DNA from: Candidatus Omnitrophota bacterium
GTDB taxonomy: Bacteria > Omnitrophota > Gorgyraeia > 2-02-FULL-51-18
Length of the DNA: 51,715 bases
Direction: 5' to 3'
NCBI GenBank assembly: GCA_016206805.1
Contig: JACQQX010000029.1
Coordinates: 1-51,715 of the forward strand
The notes under the pieces are model-generated. The model made no database searches. It was not told the DNA's origin and saw nothing but the letters and a program-made list of their open reading frames with translations. Both the position numbers and the translations under genes were made by a program. Shown in pieces: positions 16,026 through 25,926 of the stretch (positions within the stretch are counted from its first letter, which is position 1; each line of letters begins with the position of its first letter).

Positions 16026-16631
16026 TCAGTAATCTCTTTCATGATCCGTTAATTTCAATAACTCTTGTGGGGAATTGACATTCACTAGCGCCTGATCCTC
16101 ATCGCAGGGAACGGTCTTGCAAGAAACCCGCTCCAATAAATCACGCATGGACAATCGGTTATTTCTGAATTGCCCACGAATAATGTCGGCAACGGATGGC
16201 TCGTAAATTCCAGGAAAAGGCTGCATCGTTCCTTTCCGGTCGGCATAGGCAGTAATCAGCGCGTGAGAGGCTCGCTCGGTTAAAAGCTTCGACAACATCG
16301 AGGACGTCAGAGCCGGCATGTCGCACGTCAGCACCAAAAAAGAAGTCTGGGGGAAAATCGTCAAAGCCGTGTAAAGACCGCCCAGAGGCCCTTGATCCGG
16401 CAACTGATCGTGAATGGTCGCGCAGTTTAGAAAAGCATAATCGACGTCTTTGCGGCTGGAAACAATCGGCTCAAGATCCAGTTCCTTGAAAAGCGAGACG
16501 GCATGCTCGATCAAACGCGCTCCCCGATACATCGCCAAGGCTTTATTGGAACCAAAACGGGAACTTTTACCGCCAGCTAACACTAGTCCCCGAACGCATG
16601 CAGGATACCCACTCACTGGTGCCATCTTCAA
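16026..16631 (-). CDS. mobA: molybdenum cofactor guanylyltransferase
   Basis: LVLAGGKSSRFGSNKA motif. The start is uncertain (ATG 16631 or 16625, or GTG 16616). It overlaps the moaE 3' end. Confidence 0.85.
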   Translation of the reverse strand: MKMAPVSGYPACVRGLVLAGGKSSRFGSNKALAMYRGARLIEHAVSLFKELDLEPIVSSRKDVDYAFLNCATIHDQLPDQGPLGGLYTALTIFPQTSFLVLTCDMPALTSSMLSKLLTERASHALITAYADRKGTMQPFPGIYEPSVADIIRGQFRNNRLSMRDLLERVSCKTVPCDEDQALVNVNSPQELLKLTDHERDY

Positions 16632-17001
16632 AGACTTCCTTTTTCCAGATTGGAACTGTTTTTTTGATTTGTTCGATCAAAAACCTGCAGGCTTCAAAGG
16701 CTTCGGCCCGATGGGCAGAGCCCACGGAAATCGCGACCGCGGCTTCGCCTATTTCTAAATGACCGACACGATGGACGATGCGAATCTCATCAACTGCCCA
16801 TTGAGATCGCGCCTGATCGGCCAAAACTTGCAAAACCTTCTCGGCCATTGAACGGTAACAGTCGTAATGCAGGCTTTTCACACGACAGCCATGGTCATGA
16901 TTGCGGACCATTCCCACAAAAGACGCCGCCGCGCCGCAAGAGGGGTCAAAAGGCCGCGAAAAAAACTCTACCAAGTCAATCGGCTGATCGGTGATCATCA
17001 C
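16567..17001 (-). CDS. moaE: molybdopterin synthase catalytic subunit
   Basis: MoaE-like sequence (GAAASFVGMVRNH, VPIWKKE). Confidence 0.88.
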   Translation of the reverse strand: MMITDQPIDLVEFFSRPFDPSCGAAASFVGMVRNHDHGCRVKSLHYDCYRSMAEKVLQVLADQARSQWAVDEIRIVHRVGHLEIGEAAVAISVGSAHRAEAFEACRFLIEQIKKTVPIWKKEVFEDGTSEWVSCMRSGTSVSWR

Positions 17002-17240
17002 TAGCCGCCGGACATGGGCGTCATCAGCGCCAGCTCATCATTATTGGACAATTTTTTATCGGGTGTTTCAAAGTTTTCATTCAGCGCATAGCGTAAAGAA
17101 GCGGCGTTTAAAGGAAACCGGCCCGACTGGGCCAAAAGATGGACAGCGTCCTGGATCGTCGCGCCTTCCCGGATGTCGACGAGGCACGATGAACCAAACA
17201 TTTCCTTCAGTTCGGCGAAAAAAATCACTTTGATTCTCAT
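17001..17240 (-). CDS. moaD: molybdopterin synthase sulfur-carrier subunit
   Basis: 79 aa, ubiquitin-like, with a C-terminal GG. Confidence 0.85.
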   Translation of the reverse strand: MRIKVIFFAELKEMFGSSCLVDIREGATIQDAVHLLAQSGRFPLNAASLRYALNENFETPDKKLSNNDELALMTPMSGG

Positions 17241-18436
17241 GGCAGTGAATGGACCAGCACCATTTGGCTTTCTTCCAATACTCCACTGGAATTGGGCAAA
17301 ACCACGAAACTATCGGCTTCGCATAACGATGAGATCATATGGGATTTTTGATGTTGGAGAGGAATAACCGACTGCCCGTTTTCCATCTTACTTTTGATAA
17401 ATGAGAATTTATCCGGATCCGGTCTCAGAGATCCTTTTAACTCCCGATGAGACCAGGCCAGATAAGGCCGGGGATGTCCCATAAAATGCCGCAAAGCGGG
17501 ATAAACGTATTCGTAAAAACAGGTGAATACGCTGGCGGGGTTGCCGGGAAGACCAAACACCAAAGCGTTCTTTTTCTTGCCCGCATAAAGCGGTTTTCCC
17601 GGTTTTTGGCTGACTTTCCAAAACAGAGTCCTAACCCCTTCCTTTCCAAGAATTTCTTTCACAAAGTCATAATCCCCCACCGAGACCCCGCCCATCAAAA
17701 TCACAAAGTCACTCTCCTTTAAAACCAAATGGAGCGTTTTCTGAATTGATCGGGGCTCGTCCCGGAGTTTTCGAACCAAAAAAGGCCGTATTCTCATCTG
17801 GTCAAGCGCTGCCGTTATCATGGCCGTGTTGGAATCGTAAATTTTGCCCGGCGCTAGGGGGTTTCCGGGGGTTACCAGTTCATTTCCCGTCGCGATCAGA
17901 GAAACCATCGGCTTCTTATAAACTTTGATCCGGGTCATTCCCATCGACGCCAAAAAACCAATGCCGCCCGGATTCAAAACGGAGCCTTTGGACAACACCA
18001 GCTGTCCTTTTTCGATTTCCTCCGCCTGGTATCGGATATTTTTTCCTTTTCCAAGAGGCTGGCTGATGACCAGATGGCCGTTCCGGATGACCGCCCTCTC
18101 CTTTTCCAGAACCGCATCGGCTCCCAAGAGAATCGATGCGCCCGTCATGACGCGATAAGTCTCATTCGGAGAGAGCGTTTTATGGACGGAGTCGCCCGCC
18201 TTGATCGTTCCGCGGATGCGCAGCGCCACCGGCTGATCAGGCGTGGCACCAGCCGTATCTTGAGAGCGCAGCACAAAACCATCCATCGCCGAATTATCCG
18301 CCAAAGGCAAATGAACCGGTGACTTCACGTCTTGAGCGCACACAGCCCCCAACGCGGTCAAGAGAGCGATTTCTTCAATGGGAGCGGCAGGAGCATGCCT
18401 TTTGATTATTTTTTGAGCTTCTTGGAAAGAAACCAT
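17237..18436 (-). CDS. moeA: molybdopterin molybdenumtransferase
   Basis: MoeA domains are present (SAMDGF, TGNEL, GGVSVGDYD). I place the start at ATG 18436 (MVSFQEAQ), 2 nt after the upstream stop. Confidence 0.9.
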   Translation of the reverse strand: MVSFQEAQKIIKRHAPAAPIEEIALLTALGAVCAQDVKSPVHLPLADNSAMDGFVLRSQDTAGATPDQPVALRIRGTIKAGDSVHKTLSPNETYRVMTGASILLGADAVLEKERAVIRNGHLVISQPLGKGKNIRYQAEEIEKGQLVLSKGSVLNPGGIGFLASMGMTRIKVYKKPMVSLIATGNELVTPGNPLAPGKIYDSNTAMITAALDQMRIRPFLVRKLRDEPRSIQKTLHLVLKESDFVILMGGVSVGDYDFVKEILGKEGVRTLFWKVSQKPGKPLYAGKKKNALVFGLPGNPASVFTCFYEYVYPALRHFMGHPRPYLAWSHRELKGSLRPDPDKFSFIKSKMENGQSVIPLQHQKSHMISSLCEADSFVVLPNSSGVLEESQMVLVHSLP

Positions 18437-18438
18437 CG

Positions 18439-19191
18439 TCAGAAAATTTTCCCTAAGAGGTTTATGGAAACCAAAAGCAGTAAAAGCGCCGCAACTCGTT
18501 GCAGCCCCAGAACGGGCAAGCGACAAGCCCCTATTCGCGCGCCCAACTGGCCTCCCAAGAAAACCGCCAAAACCAGCAGCGGCAGGGATTCTATCGAAAT
18601 CATCATCCCTTTTTGGGCATGGCCCAAGAAGCCTGAAAGGGAATTAACAAAGATGAAAAAACTTCCAGCCGCGGCAATTTGTTTGGTGTCGAGCCAACGC
18701 GTTAGAAATAAAATGGGGCTTAAGAAAATACCGCCACCGATGCCTATGAGGCCGGACAGAAAACCCAAAATTCCCCCAATAGGCACTCCGATAGCCCAAA
18801 CGCGTGGAGTAGAAATGCGGCGCTTCTCCGTCAGATCTCGCCCAGCCAAAAGAATTCGGGAACTGGCTATCAGAAGCGAAAACCCTAGCAATAAATAAAA
18901 AAAATCTTTGCCAATGTCTATTTGAGCGCCCACAAAAGCCATGGGAACCGACAATAAGGCAAAAGGAAGCGTCCTTTGAGGACTAAAATGTCCTGCCCGA
19001 TAAAAACACCAGAAAGTTGAAGCGGAAACAATGAGATTGCAGACCAAGACAACCGATGGCGCCTGCTGATAAGAAAAACCGGCCATTAGAAGCAACGCCA
19101 GATAAGACGAGCCGCCGGCAAAGCCCGCCATGGAATAAACCAGCGCCACTCCAAAGAAGGCCATGGGCAGCCAAAGCGGGATATCCGTCAT
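18439..19191 (-). CDS. TSUP (TauE/SafE) family anion-transporter-like membrane protein
   Basis: About 8 TM segments and a duplicated GIGGG-type motif. It is embedded in the Moco gene string. Confidence 0.7.
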   Translation of the reverse strand: MTDIPLWLPMAFFGVALVYSMAGFAGGSSYLALLLMAGFSYQQAPSVVLVCNLIVSASTFWCFYRAGHFSPQRTLPFALLSVPMAFVGAQIDIGKDFFYLLLGFSLLIASSRILLAGRDLTEKRRISTPRVWAIGVPIGGILGFLSGLIGIGGGIFLSPILFLTRWLDTKQIAAAGSFFIFVNSLSGFLGHAQKGMMISIESLPLLVLAVFLGGQLGARIGACRLPVLGLQRVAALLLLLVSINLLGKIF

Positions 19192-20102
19192 GTGTTCACC
19201 TCATGTCCCAAGCCCTTCATCATTCCGTAGGCATGAAAGAGCGCCGGAAAAAGCGCGTCAAGCGACTCCTCGACTCCTTTGGAAGATCCTGGGAGATTAA
19301 TAATCAGTGTTTTGCCTTTTTGGCCGGCCAGTCCGCGCGACAGCATGGCATAAGGCGTCCGGCGCTGGCCATGGGACCGGGCGGCTTCCATGATGCCTGG
19401 AATGACGCGGTCTATCACGGCTTCAGTCGCCTCAACAGTGACATCCCGACCACTGAGCCCCGTTCCGCCGGTCGTCATCACAAGGTCTACCCCCTCCTCA
19501 CAATAAGAGCTCATGGCGGAAGCGATTAAAATCTTCTCATCGGCAATGACTTGATAATCCGGCTCGAGCCCAAACGACCTCAGTTTCTCAACAATCAAAC
19601 GGCCCGATTTATCCGAACGCGTGCCGCGCGAGGTGCTGTCGGAAGTCACGATCACGGCGGTTTTGAATCCGGGCGGAATTATTTCCTTAAAACCGCTTTT
19701 TCCGCCTGTTTTCTTAAGAAGCTTGGCGCCAAGAATTTCCAGAGAATCGTCGATGGGCTTTAACATGTCATAAACCGTTAACGCCGCAACGCTCGCGGCG
19801 GTTAAAGTTTCCATTTCCACGCCGGTTTTAGCCACCGCTTCCACGGTCGCGCGAATCGTGATCAGGGTTTCTTGGGTTTCAAACTCGATCTGGACCCAAT
19901 CAATGAGAATGGGATGGCAATACGGCAAAAGGTCGGGCGTTTTCTTGGCCGCCATGACGCCGGCCGCCCGCGCGATTGGCAGAATATCTTTTTTGGGGAC
20001 ATCATTGGCCAGAAGTCTCTTAATCGTGTCCGGCTGGGCCTGAATCCGGCTTTCGGCGACAGCCCGGCGCAGCGTTTCTATTTTGTGAGTAATGGAACGC
20101 AT
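19188..20102 (-). CDS. moaC: bifunctional cyclic pyranopterin monophosphate synthase MoaC / MogA-MoaB-type domain
   Basis: The N-terminal half has MoaC features (KKDILPIARAAGVMAAKKT, PYCHP). The C-terminal half is MogA/MoaB-like (TTGGTG, INLPGS). Confidence 0.88.
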   Translation of the reverse strand: MRSITHKIETLRRAVAESRIQAQPDTIKRLLANDVPKKDILPIARAAGVMAAKKTPDLLPYCHPILIDWVQIEFETQETLITIRATVEAVAKTGVEMETLTAASVAALTVYDMLKPIDDSLEILGAKLLKKTGGKSGFKEIIPPGFKTAVIVTSDSTSRGTRSDKSGRLIVEKLRSFGLEPDYQVIADEKILIASAMSSYCEEGVDLVMTTGGTGLSGRDVTVEATEAVIDRVIPGIMEAARSHGQRRTPYAMLSRGLAGQKGKTLIINLPGSSKGVEESLDALFPALFHAYGMMKGLGHEVNT

Positions 20103-20104
20103 GT

Positions 20105-21088
20105 TTATCCTCCCACCGCTGTCATGACAAAATCATGGTGCGCCACCGATGGCTGATTTAAAAAATGCTCTTCGGGACGATCGAACACTACCGACGCGAT
20201 TTGCCGCTTAATGCTTTCCCGGGAAAGCCCTTGGCGGAGCAAGGATCGAATATCCAAGTCTTCTTTTCCATGAAGACAGGTCTTCAGCATCCCATTGGCT
20301 TTAAGGCGCAAACGATTGCATTGGGCGCAGAACGCGTTGGACAAGGGGCTGATGAAGCCAACCCGAGACGCGGAGCCCTGAATAAAAAAACTTCTGGCCG
20401 GCGCATGGGGGCTTGAATGATCCGGCATTAAAGAATATTTTTCCTCGATCGCCTTTTGGGCGAATTCAGCGCTCAGAAAACGATTCTCTCTTATCGACTG
20501 AATTTCAGAGGCCGTCGGCATCCATTCAATGAATCGGATTTGAAACGCGTTTTCAACCGCAAACCGGACAAGATCCAGGATTTCATGGTCATTGACGCCT
20601 TTCATGAGCACCGCGTTGATCTTGATAGGGCCAATCCCCGCTTGGCCGGCGGCCTGGATGCCTTCCAGGACTTCGTTTAATTTATCCGCTCCCGTAATGC
20701 GCTTAAAATTATCCCGATCCAAGGTGTCCAAGCTGACATTGATGCGATCAAGGCCCGCTTTTTTTAAATCTCCGGCAAAATGCTTGAGCAGAACGCCATT
20801 GGTCGTCATCACCACTTCTTGCATCCCCGGAAAACCTTTGACGCGCTCCACCAGTTCCGGCACCCCTTTTTTGAGAAGGGGCTCCCCTCCTGTCAAACGC
20901 ACTTTGGAAATCCCCAGCTCCGCAAAAAGCGAGATAATGGCTACTGTTTCCTCCATATTCAAAAACTCATCCTCACCCAGAGGATGGAGAGGCCCCTTGG
21001 GCATGCAATAAAAGCATCGCAAATTGCAGCGATCGATTAAAGACACCCGTAAATAAGTCAGTTTTCGCCCGAATTTATCCCGCATCAT
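20105..21088 (-). CDS. moaA: GTP 3',8-cyclase (radical SAM)
   Basis: CNLRCFYCMP radical-SAM motif and a C-terminal CxxCNRLR motif. ATG at 21088 overlaps the porin TGA (ATGA). Confidence 0.92.
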   Translation of the reverse strand: MMRDKFGRKLTYLRVSLIDRCNLRCFYCMPKGPLHPLGEDEFLNMEETVAIISLFAELGISKVRLTGGEPLLKKGVPELVERVKGFPGMQEVVMTTNGVLLKHFAGDLKKAGLDRINVSLDTLDRDNFKRITGADKLNEVLEGIQAAGQAGIGPIKINAVLMKGVNDHEILDLVRFAVENAFQIRFIEWMPTASEIQSIRENRFLSAEFAQKAIEEKYSLMPDHSSPHAPARSFFIQGSASRVGFISPLSNAFCAQCNRLRLKANGMLKTCLHGKEDLDIRSLLRQGLSRESIKRQIASVVFDRPEEHFLNQPSVAHHDFVMTAVGG

Positions 21089-22524
21089 CAGAAATGAACC
21101 GTAACCTCCAGGAAAAATAAATCGTTGCGGCGTTGTGTCGTAAAAAACCGTTTGACCACGTCCTCTCCCCAAAAATGGCCGTAATACGCCATCACGGACA
21201 CATCGCTTGTCGCGTTCCAGATAACCGTAAGGTCTAAAAGCTTTCCCAGGTCATCCTGACCGTTGGAGGAGCGCGCCGCGAAATCGTCAAATGCGTTGCT
21301 ATGCGAAGCGCCTGAACCCAAATACCAGCGGTCAGCGCCTTCGGAAAGGCTCACGGCGTGAAATTCCGGCCGCAAGACAATATTGTCCTTGGGTTTAAGA
21401 ATGAGCGATAAAAACGTGTCTTTGGTATTCATCAGGTTATAGAGAATGGAAAAGGAATAAAGCCTGGCCGTCGGCAGCATTTGATAAAAAGTCTCGTGGT
21501 CGCCGTCGGCGGGATCATCATCCCCGGAGCCGACATTGAAACCGGCGCGCGCCCAAGGCTGCCAGGGCAGGGCATTGAGTTGATAGCCGGTTTCCACGGC
21601 GTAAGCATAAGCCGAGTGATTCAACTCAAACCAGTCTCCGGTTTGCCGGGCCGCCCATCCCAAAATATCCCACGTGCCCGGGCCGATATCATAACGGCCC
21701 GCCAGATGCCCGCCAAAAACGTGAAAATCCGCCTGGCTTGCCGTATGAGCCGGGATCGAGCGGCCGGTATTGTCCAAACGGGTTGTCGTGGCAATAATGT
21801 CCCGATGGTCGTCATAACGGTAATAAAAAAGCTGCTCTTCCATGCCGGGAATAAAAGCGTCTTTTTTGATATTGGCTTCCAGGGCAAGGACATCAATGCC
21901 TTGAACGGAACGATGGGCATGTTCCTCAAACCCTCCCTGGGTGGGACTAAAAGCCGCCCAATTGATATTGGACCAGTCGTTTTCGTAAGCGATTTTGGCG
22001 CCATCAAAGGAACGGCCGTAATGAGACCATTCAAAACCGCCGATAAGCCTGTCAGCGACGCGCATATTCTTGAGCCATCCGATTTTCTTGTCGGTCGATT
22101 TCATTTCATTGCCGCTGGAATAATTGAACCGTCCAACGGTCCCGGTAACTCCCGCCGGCCATTTCAAATCCAGATTCAAATATTTGACAAAAACGTCATA
22201 GGAATTCCTGTCGTTGGCATTGGAAAAATAGAGGGCGCCGGCGCCCGCTCCCGCGCTGGCGCCTACGGGAAGATTTGAAAGCTGCGTGTACTGGCCAACG
22301 GCATTTAACGCAAATAAATCATGAGCCCACTTCCCGCCCAGGCGCAGCTGATTGGCCGCGAAGGCATAGTCATTGTCGGCGCCGGATGCCAAAGCATCCC
22401 AGACTTCAACCCGCAGTCGATCCCTTCCAAAAAAGGACAAGGCGTTGTGCGATTCTTCCGCTTTCGCCGCGATACCGGACAAAATAACCGCTCCAGCGAT
22501 GGCTAGTCTTGCCGTTTTTTTCAA
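21088..22524 (-). CDS. putative outer-membrane porin (alginate-export-like beta-barrel)
   Basis: A TTG start at 22524 gives the signal peptide (M)KKTARLAIAGAVILSGIAAKA, preceded by GGAGA. The sequence is rich in beta-strand pattern and ends in a terminal F. The track N-terminus, which overlaps narK, is rejected. Confidence 0.55.
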   Translation of the reverse strand: MKKTARLAIAGAVILSGIAAKAEESHNALSFFGRDRLRVEVWDALASGADNDYAFAANQLRLGGKWAHDLFALNAVGQYTQLSNLPVGASAGAGAGALYFSNANDRNSYDVFVKYLNLDLKWPAGVTGTVGRFNYSSGNEMKSTDKKIGWLKNMRVADRLIGGFEWSHYGRSFDGAKIAYENDWSNINWAAFSPTQGGFEEHAHRSVQGIDVLALEANIKKDAFIPGMEEQLFYYRYDDHRDIIATTTRLDNTGRSIPAHTASQADFHVFGGHLAGRYDIGPGTWDILGWAARQTGDWFELNHSAYAYAVETGYQLNALPWQPWARAGFNVGSGDDDPADGDHETFYQMLPTARLYSFSILYNLMNTKDTFLSLILKPKDNIVLRPEFHAVSLSEGADRWYLGSGASHSNAFDDFAARSSNGQDDLGKLLDLTVIWNATSDVSVMAYYGHFWGEDVVKRFFTTQRRNDLFFLEVTVHF

Positions 22525-23714
22525 GAAGTCTCCGTTAAAACGACAAATGTCCACCCTTTTTGCACCGCCCTCAATAAAATCAGAGCGCCAGCGCTGGTTA
22601 GCGCGAACACGGCGAAACCAACCCCATAGGAGCCGAGCTGATCCTTGAAATAACCCAAAAGTGTGGGCAGGAAAAATCCTCCCAATCCCCCGGCCGCTCC
22701 GACGATGCCCGTCATGACGCCGAGCTCTTTCCGAAAACGCAGCGGCACCAGCTGAAACACGGCGCCATTGCCCATCCCCAGGCACGCCATGCTCAAAAAA
22801 ATAAGAAGCGTGACGACGTAGAGCGGAGGGAGAAAAGAAACCCCCATCATGAGAACCGCCACCGCTCCGTAAAGCGCGGTGAGGATACGAATACCCCCGA
22901 ACCGGTCTGAAAGATAGCCGCCAATCGGGCGGACAAAACTGCCCGCGGCCACACACAATGCGGTGAAATACCCGGCCGTAACCTTGGAAAGACCGTATTG
23001 ATCATGGAAGAAAATACCCAGAAAGCTCGCCAGCCCCACGAATCCTCCAAAGGTGATGCTATAGAAAAAACAAAACCAGTAGGTGTCGTTTTCCTTGCAA
23101 ACAGACCAGTAGTCGGAAAACTTTTTCGGGGCGGGACGATCCGGGCTTTCTTTGGCAAAGACGCAAAAAAATAAAAGCGTGGCTAGAACCGGGATGAGCG
23201 CGAGACCGAAAACATTGTGCCAGCCAAAAGCCTCCGCCAGCTTAGGCGCGAAGAGACTGGCCAATACGGTGCCGCTATTGCCCGCGGCGGCGATGCCCAT
23301 CGCCATCCCCTGATGTTGGGGAGGATACCAGCGGCTGGCCAGCGGCAGCGCCACGGCAAAACTGCCGCCGGCGACACCCAAGAGCAGTCCCAACAACAGA
23401 ACTTCGTTAAAAGTATTGGCGAAGAGCCAAACGCAAAGCAGCGGAATGATGACGATGAGCTGGGCCACAACGCCTGTTTTCTTGGGGCCGATATGATCGA
23501 CGAGAAATCCAAGCGGAATGCGCGCCAGAGATCCGCCTAAAAGCGGTATAGCGGCAATAAGCCCTTTTTGCGTGGATGTGAGGCCGAAATCCTTCGAGAT
23601 ATAAACCCCCAATACGCCCAGTAAAACCCAAACCATGAAACTGATATCGAAATACAAAAAAGCCGAAAAAAGCGTCGGCGGATGCCCGCTTTTCAAAAAG
23701 TCCTTGATGCGCAT
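22521..23714 (-). CDS. narK: MFS nitrate/nitrite transporter (NNP family)
   Basis: 12-TM MFS with glycine-rich NNP-type motifs (AAAGNSGT, GAAGGLGGF). Confidence 0.85.
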   Translation of the reverse strand: MRIKDFLKSGHPPTLFSAFLYFDISFMVWVLLGVLGVYISKDFGLTSTQKGLIAAIPLLGGSLARIPLGFLVDHIGPKKTGVVAQLIVIIPLLCVWLFANTFNEVLLLGLLLGVAGGSFAVALPLASRWYPPQHQGMAMGIAAAGNSGTVLASLFAPKLAEAFGWHNVFGLALIPVLATLLFFCVFAKESPDRPAPKKFSDYWSVCKENDTYWFCFFYSITFGGFVGLASFLGIFFHDQYGLSKVTAGYFTALCVAAGSFVRPIGGYLSDRFGGIRILTALYGAVAVLMMGVSFLPPLYVVTLLIFLSMACLGMGNGAVFQLVPLRFRKELGVMTGIVGAAGGLGGFFLPTLLGYFKDQLGSYGVGFAVFALTSAGALILLRAVQKGWTFVVLTETS

Positions 23715-23748
23715 GAGTGCGCTCCTCTTCCTTGTTTAAGTTCTTTGT

Positions 23749-25926
23749 TTAATTTCTTTTCTCGACGCGAACGGCCGCCTGTTTATAATTCGGCTCCCTC
23801 GAAAACGGGTCGCAGTCGCTGACCGTCAGATGGTTGGCGTTGGCCTCGGCGTAATGAAACGGCATGAACACCTGCCCCGGCGCCACCGTTTGCGTGACAC
23901 GCAGAACCACGCGTTCCACCGAGCCGCGCCGCGAGACAAGCCGCACATAGTCGCCGTGCTCCACTTTCAACTTTTCGGCGTCGTGCGGGTTCATTTCCAC
24001 CCACGCCTCGGGCGACAGACGGTTGAGAAGCGGAATCTGCCCCGTTTTGGTGCGCGTGTGCCAATGCTCGACCGTGCGGCCCGTATTCAGCCAAAACGGG
24101 TAGCCCTCGTCCGGCGTTTCTGGGGCCGGCGCCCATTCAACCGGCCAGAGCTTCGCGCGCCCGTCGCCGGTTTGAAAAATCCCGTCTTCGTAAAGCCGGG
24201 AGGCCTGGCCGGGATCGCGCGGGCTGTCCGCGCCGAAAGGCCATTGGATGCCGCCGTGCTTTTCCAAAAGCTCATACGTGATTCCCGAATAATCACAAAG
24301 CCTGCCGCGGCTTATTTTTTGCCATTCTTGAAACGCGTGCCGAGGCTCGGTCCAGCCGGGAAAAAGCGTGTCGTAAACGCCCATCTGCCTGGCCACCGCC
24401 AGAAAAATGTCAAAGTCGGACCTGGCTTCGCCCGGAGGCTCCACCGCCTTATTGACTTTGCTCACGCGCCGCTCGGAGTTGGTGTACGTTCCCTCCTTCT
24501 CGCCCCACACGGCCGCCGGCAGAATCAGGTCCGCCACTTCGGTGGTAGGAATGGGGTGATACCCGTCCTGAACCACGAGAAAGTCAAGTCGGTCCAGACA
24601 ATCCAAAAGATAATTCTGATTCGGAAAAGAAACCAGCGGGTTTGTCGCGATGATCCAAAGCCCTCTGATCTTCCCGCCTAGCACCGCTTCGATAATGTCT
24701 GGGTACGCCAGGCCGCGCGAGGAGGGGATCGATTCTTCGGCCACGCCCCATAGGCCCGCCAGTTCCGCGCGGTGGGACGGCTCCTCAAATTTGCGATAAC
24801 CCGGAAGCGAGGACGTAAATCCGGACTCGCGCGTGCCCATGGCGTTGCACTGCCCGGTGATGGAAAAAGGAGAAGCGCCCACCTTCCCGACATGCCCCGT
24901 GATGAGCGCGAGATTGCAGATGGCGTTCACCGTTTCCGTGCCCTGCGTGCTGTGATTGACGCCCATCGTCCAGCCGATGAAGGGCGCCCTCGCGCCGGCG
25001 TAGAGATGCGCCGTCCGGCGGATGTCGGAAACGGAAAGCCCCGTGATTTCACCGACGCGCTCGGGCGTGTAAGTTTCCAGGCGCTCCTTGAGCTCCCGAA
25101 AACCGGTGGTGTGATTTTCGATGTAGCCGGGATCGATCCTTTTTTCTTTTATGAGAATATGCATGATGCCGTTCAAAAGCGCGATGTCGGTGCGCGGCTT
25201 GAGCGGCAGGTGCAGGTCCGCCATCATGGCGGTTTTGGTGACGCGCGGATCGGCGACGATGACCGTCCGCTTTTGGTTTTTCTCCATCCGGTAGCAGAGA
25301 ATCGGGTGGTTATCGGCGATATTCGCGCCGATGAGAAATAAAAGATCGGATTTCTCAAGGTCCTCGTAAGCGCCGGGCGGCCCGTCACTGCCGAAAGAGC
25401 GTTTGTACCCCGCCACGGCGCTGGACATGCAAAGGGTGGTGTTGCCGTCAAAATTTTTTGTCTTAAAACCCAGCTGAATGAGCTTGCCCAGCGTGTAAAA
25501 TTCTTCCGTCACCAACTGCCCCGTGCTGATGACGCCCACCGACTCGTTGCCGTATCGGTGCTGAATGGTTTGAAAACGGCCCACCATCTCGCGAATGGCC
25601 CACTCCCAATCGATGCGGCGAAATTTCCCTTTTTTCACGCGCAGGAGCGGGTAGCGGGCGCGGTTGGGGGACGTGATCGCGTAATGCTCGGCCAGCCCCT
25701 TGGGACAGAGCCGCCCTTCGTTGACCGGATGAGCGGCGTCGCCCTGCACGCTCACGGGCTTGCCGTCCTTGACGCCGATAAACATCCCGCAACCGACGGA
25801 GCAATACCCGCAAGTCGTCGCCACCCAGCGATCGGGGATCTTCGCCCGCGACATAAAGCCAAACTGCTCATCCACGCCGTAGGCGTATTTTTCCTTCTCG
25901 ATATCCAGACCGAGCGACTTTTTCAA
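23749..25926 (-). CDS. nasA: molybdopterin oxidoreductase, assimilatory nitrate reductase-like catalytic subunit
   Basis: N-terminal 4Fe-4S motif CGYCSVGCG...C. No twin-arginine signal. Size and overall similarity match NasA/NarB, and narK and nirBD are neighbours. Confidence 0.8.
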   Translation of the reverse strand: MKKSLGLDIEKEKYAYGVDEQFGFMSRAKIPDRWVATTCGYCSVGCGMFIGVKDGKPVSVQGDAAHPVNEGRLCPKGLAEHYAITSPNRARYPLLRVKKGKFRRIDWEWAIREMVGRFQTIQHRYGNESVGVISTGQLVTEEFYTLGKLIQLGFKTKNFDGNTTLCMSSAVAGYKRSFGSDGPPGAYEDLEKSDLLFLIGANIADNHPILCYRMEKNQKRTVIVADPRVTKTAMMADLHLPLKPRTDIALLNGIMHILIKEKRIDPGYIENHTTGFRELKERLETYTPERVGEITGLSVSDIRRTAHLYAGARAPFIGWTMGVNHSTQGTETVNAICNLALITGHVGKVGASPFSITGQCNAMGTRESGFTSSLPGYRKFEEPSHRAELAGLWGVAEESIPSSRGLAYPDIIEAVLGGKIRGLWIIATNPLVSFPNQNYLLDCLDRLDFLVVQDGYHPIPTTEVADLILPAAVWGEKEGTYTNSERRVSKVNKAVEPPGEARSDFDIFLAVARQMGVYDTLFPGWTEPRHAFQEWQKISRGRLCDYSGITYELLEKHGGIQWPFGADSPRDPGQASRLYEDGIFQTGDGRAKLWPVEWAPAPETPDEGYPFWLNTGRTVEHWHTRTKTGQIPLLNRLSPEAWVEMNPHDAEKLKVEHGDYVRLVSRRGSVERVVLRVTQTVAPGQVFMPFHYAEANANHLTVSDCDPFSREPNYKQAAVRVEKRN

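Noticed and set aside
22525-22956. N-terminal 144 codons of the 622-aa track ORF (21088-22956)
   Set aside because: This part overlaps the narK coding sequence in another frame, is low-complexity (Arg/Gly/Ser-rich), and precedes an obvious signal peptide that begins at the TTG at 22524. It is treated as non-coding read-through of the ORF finder.
23830-24681. Long antisense ORFs inside conserved genes. Examples: 23830-24681, 27897-28940, 21481-22278, 31691-32506, 43914-44711, 49374-50318, 435-887, 2532-3137.
   Set aside because: Each lies opposite a gene with clear family motifs. Their translations are Arg/Gly/Pro-rich or low-complexity, as expected for shadow ORFs in GC-biased coding DNA.
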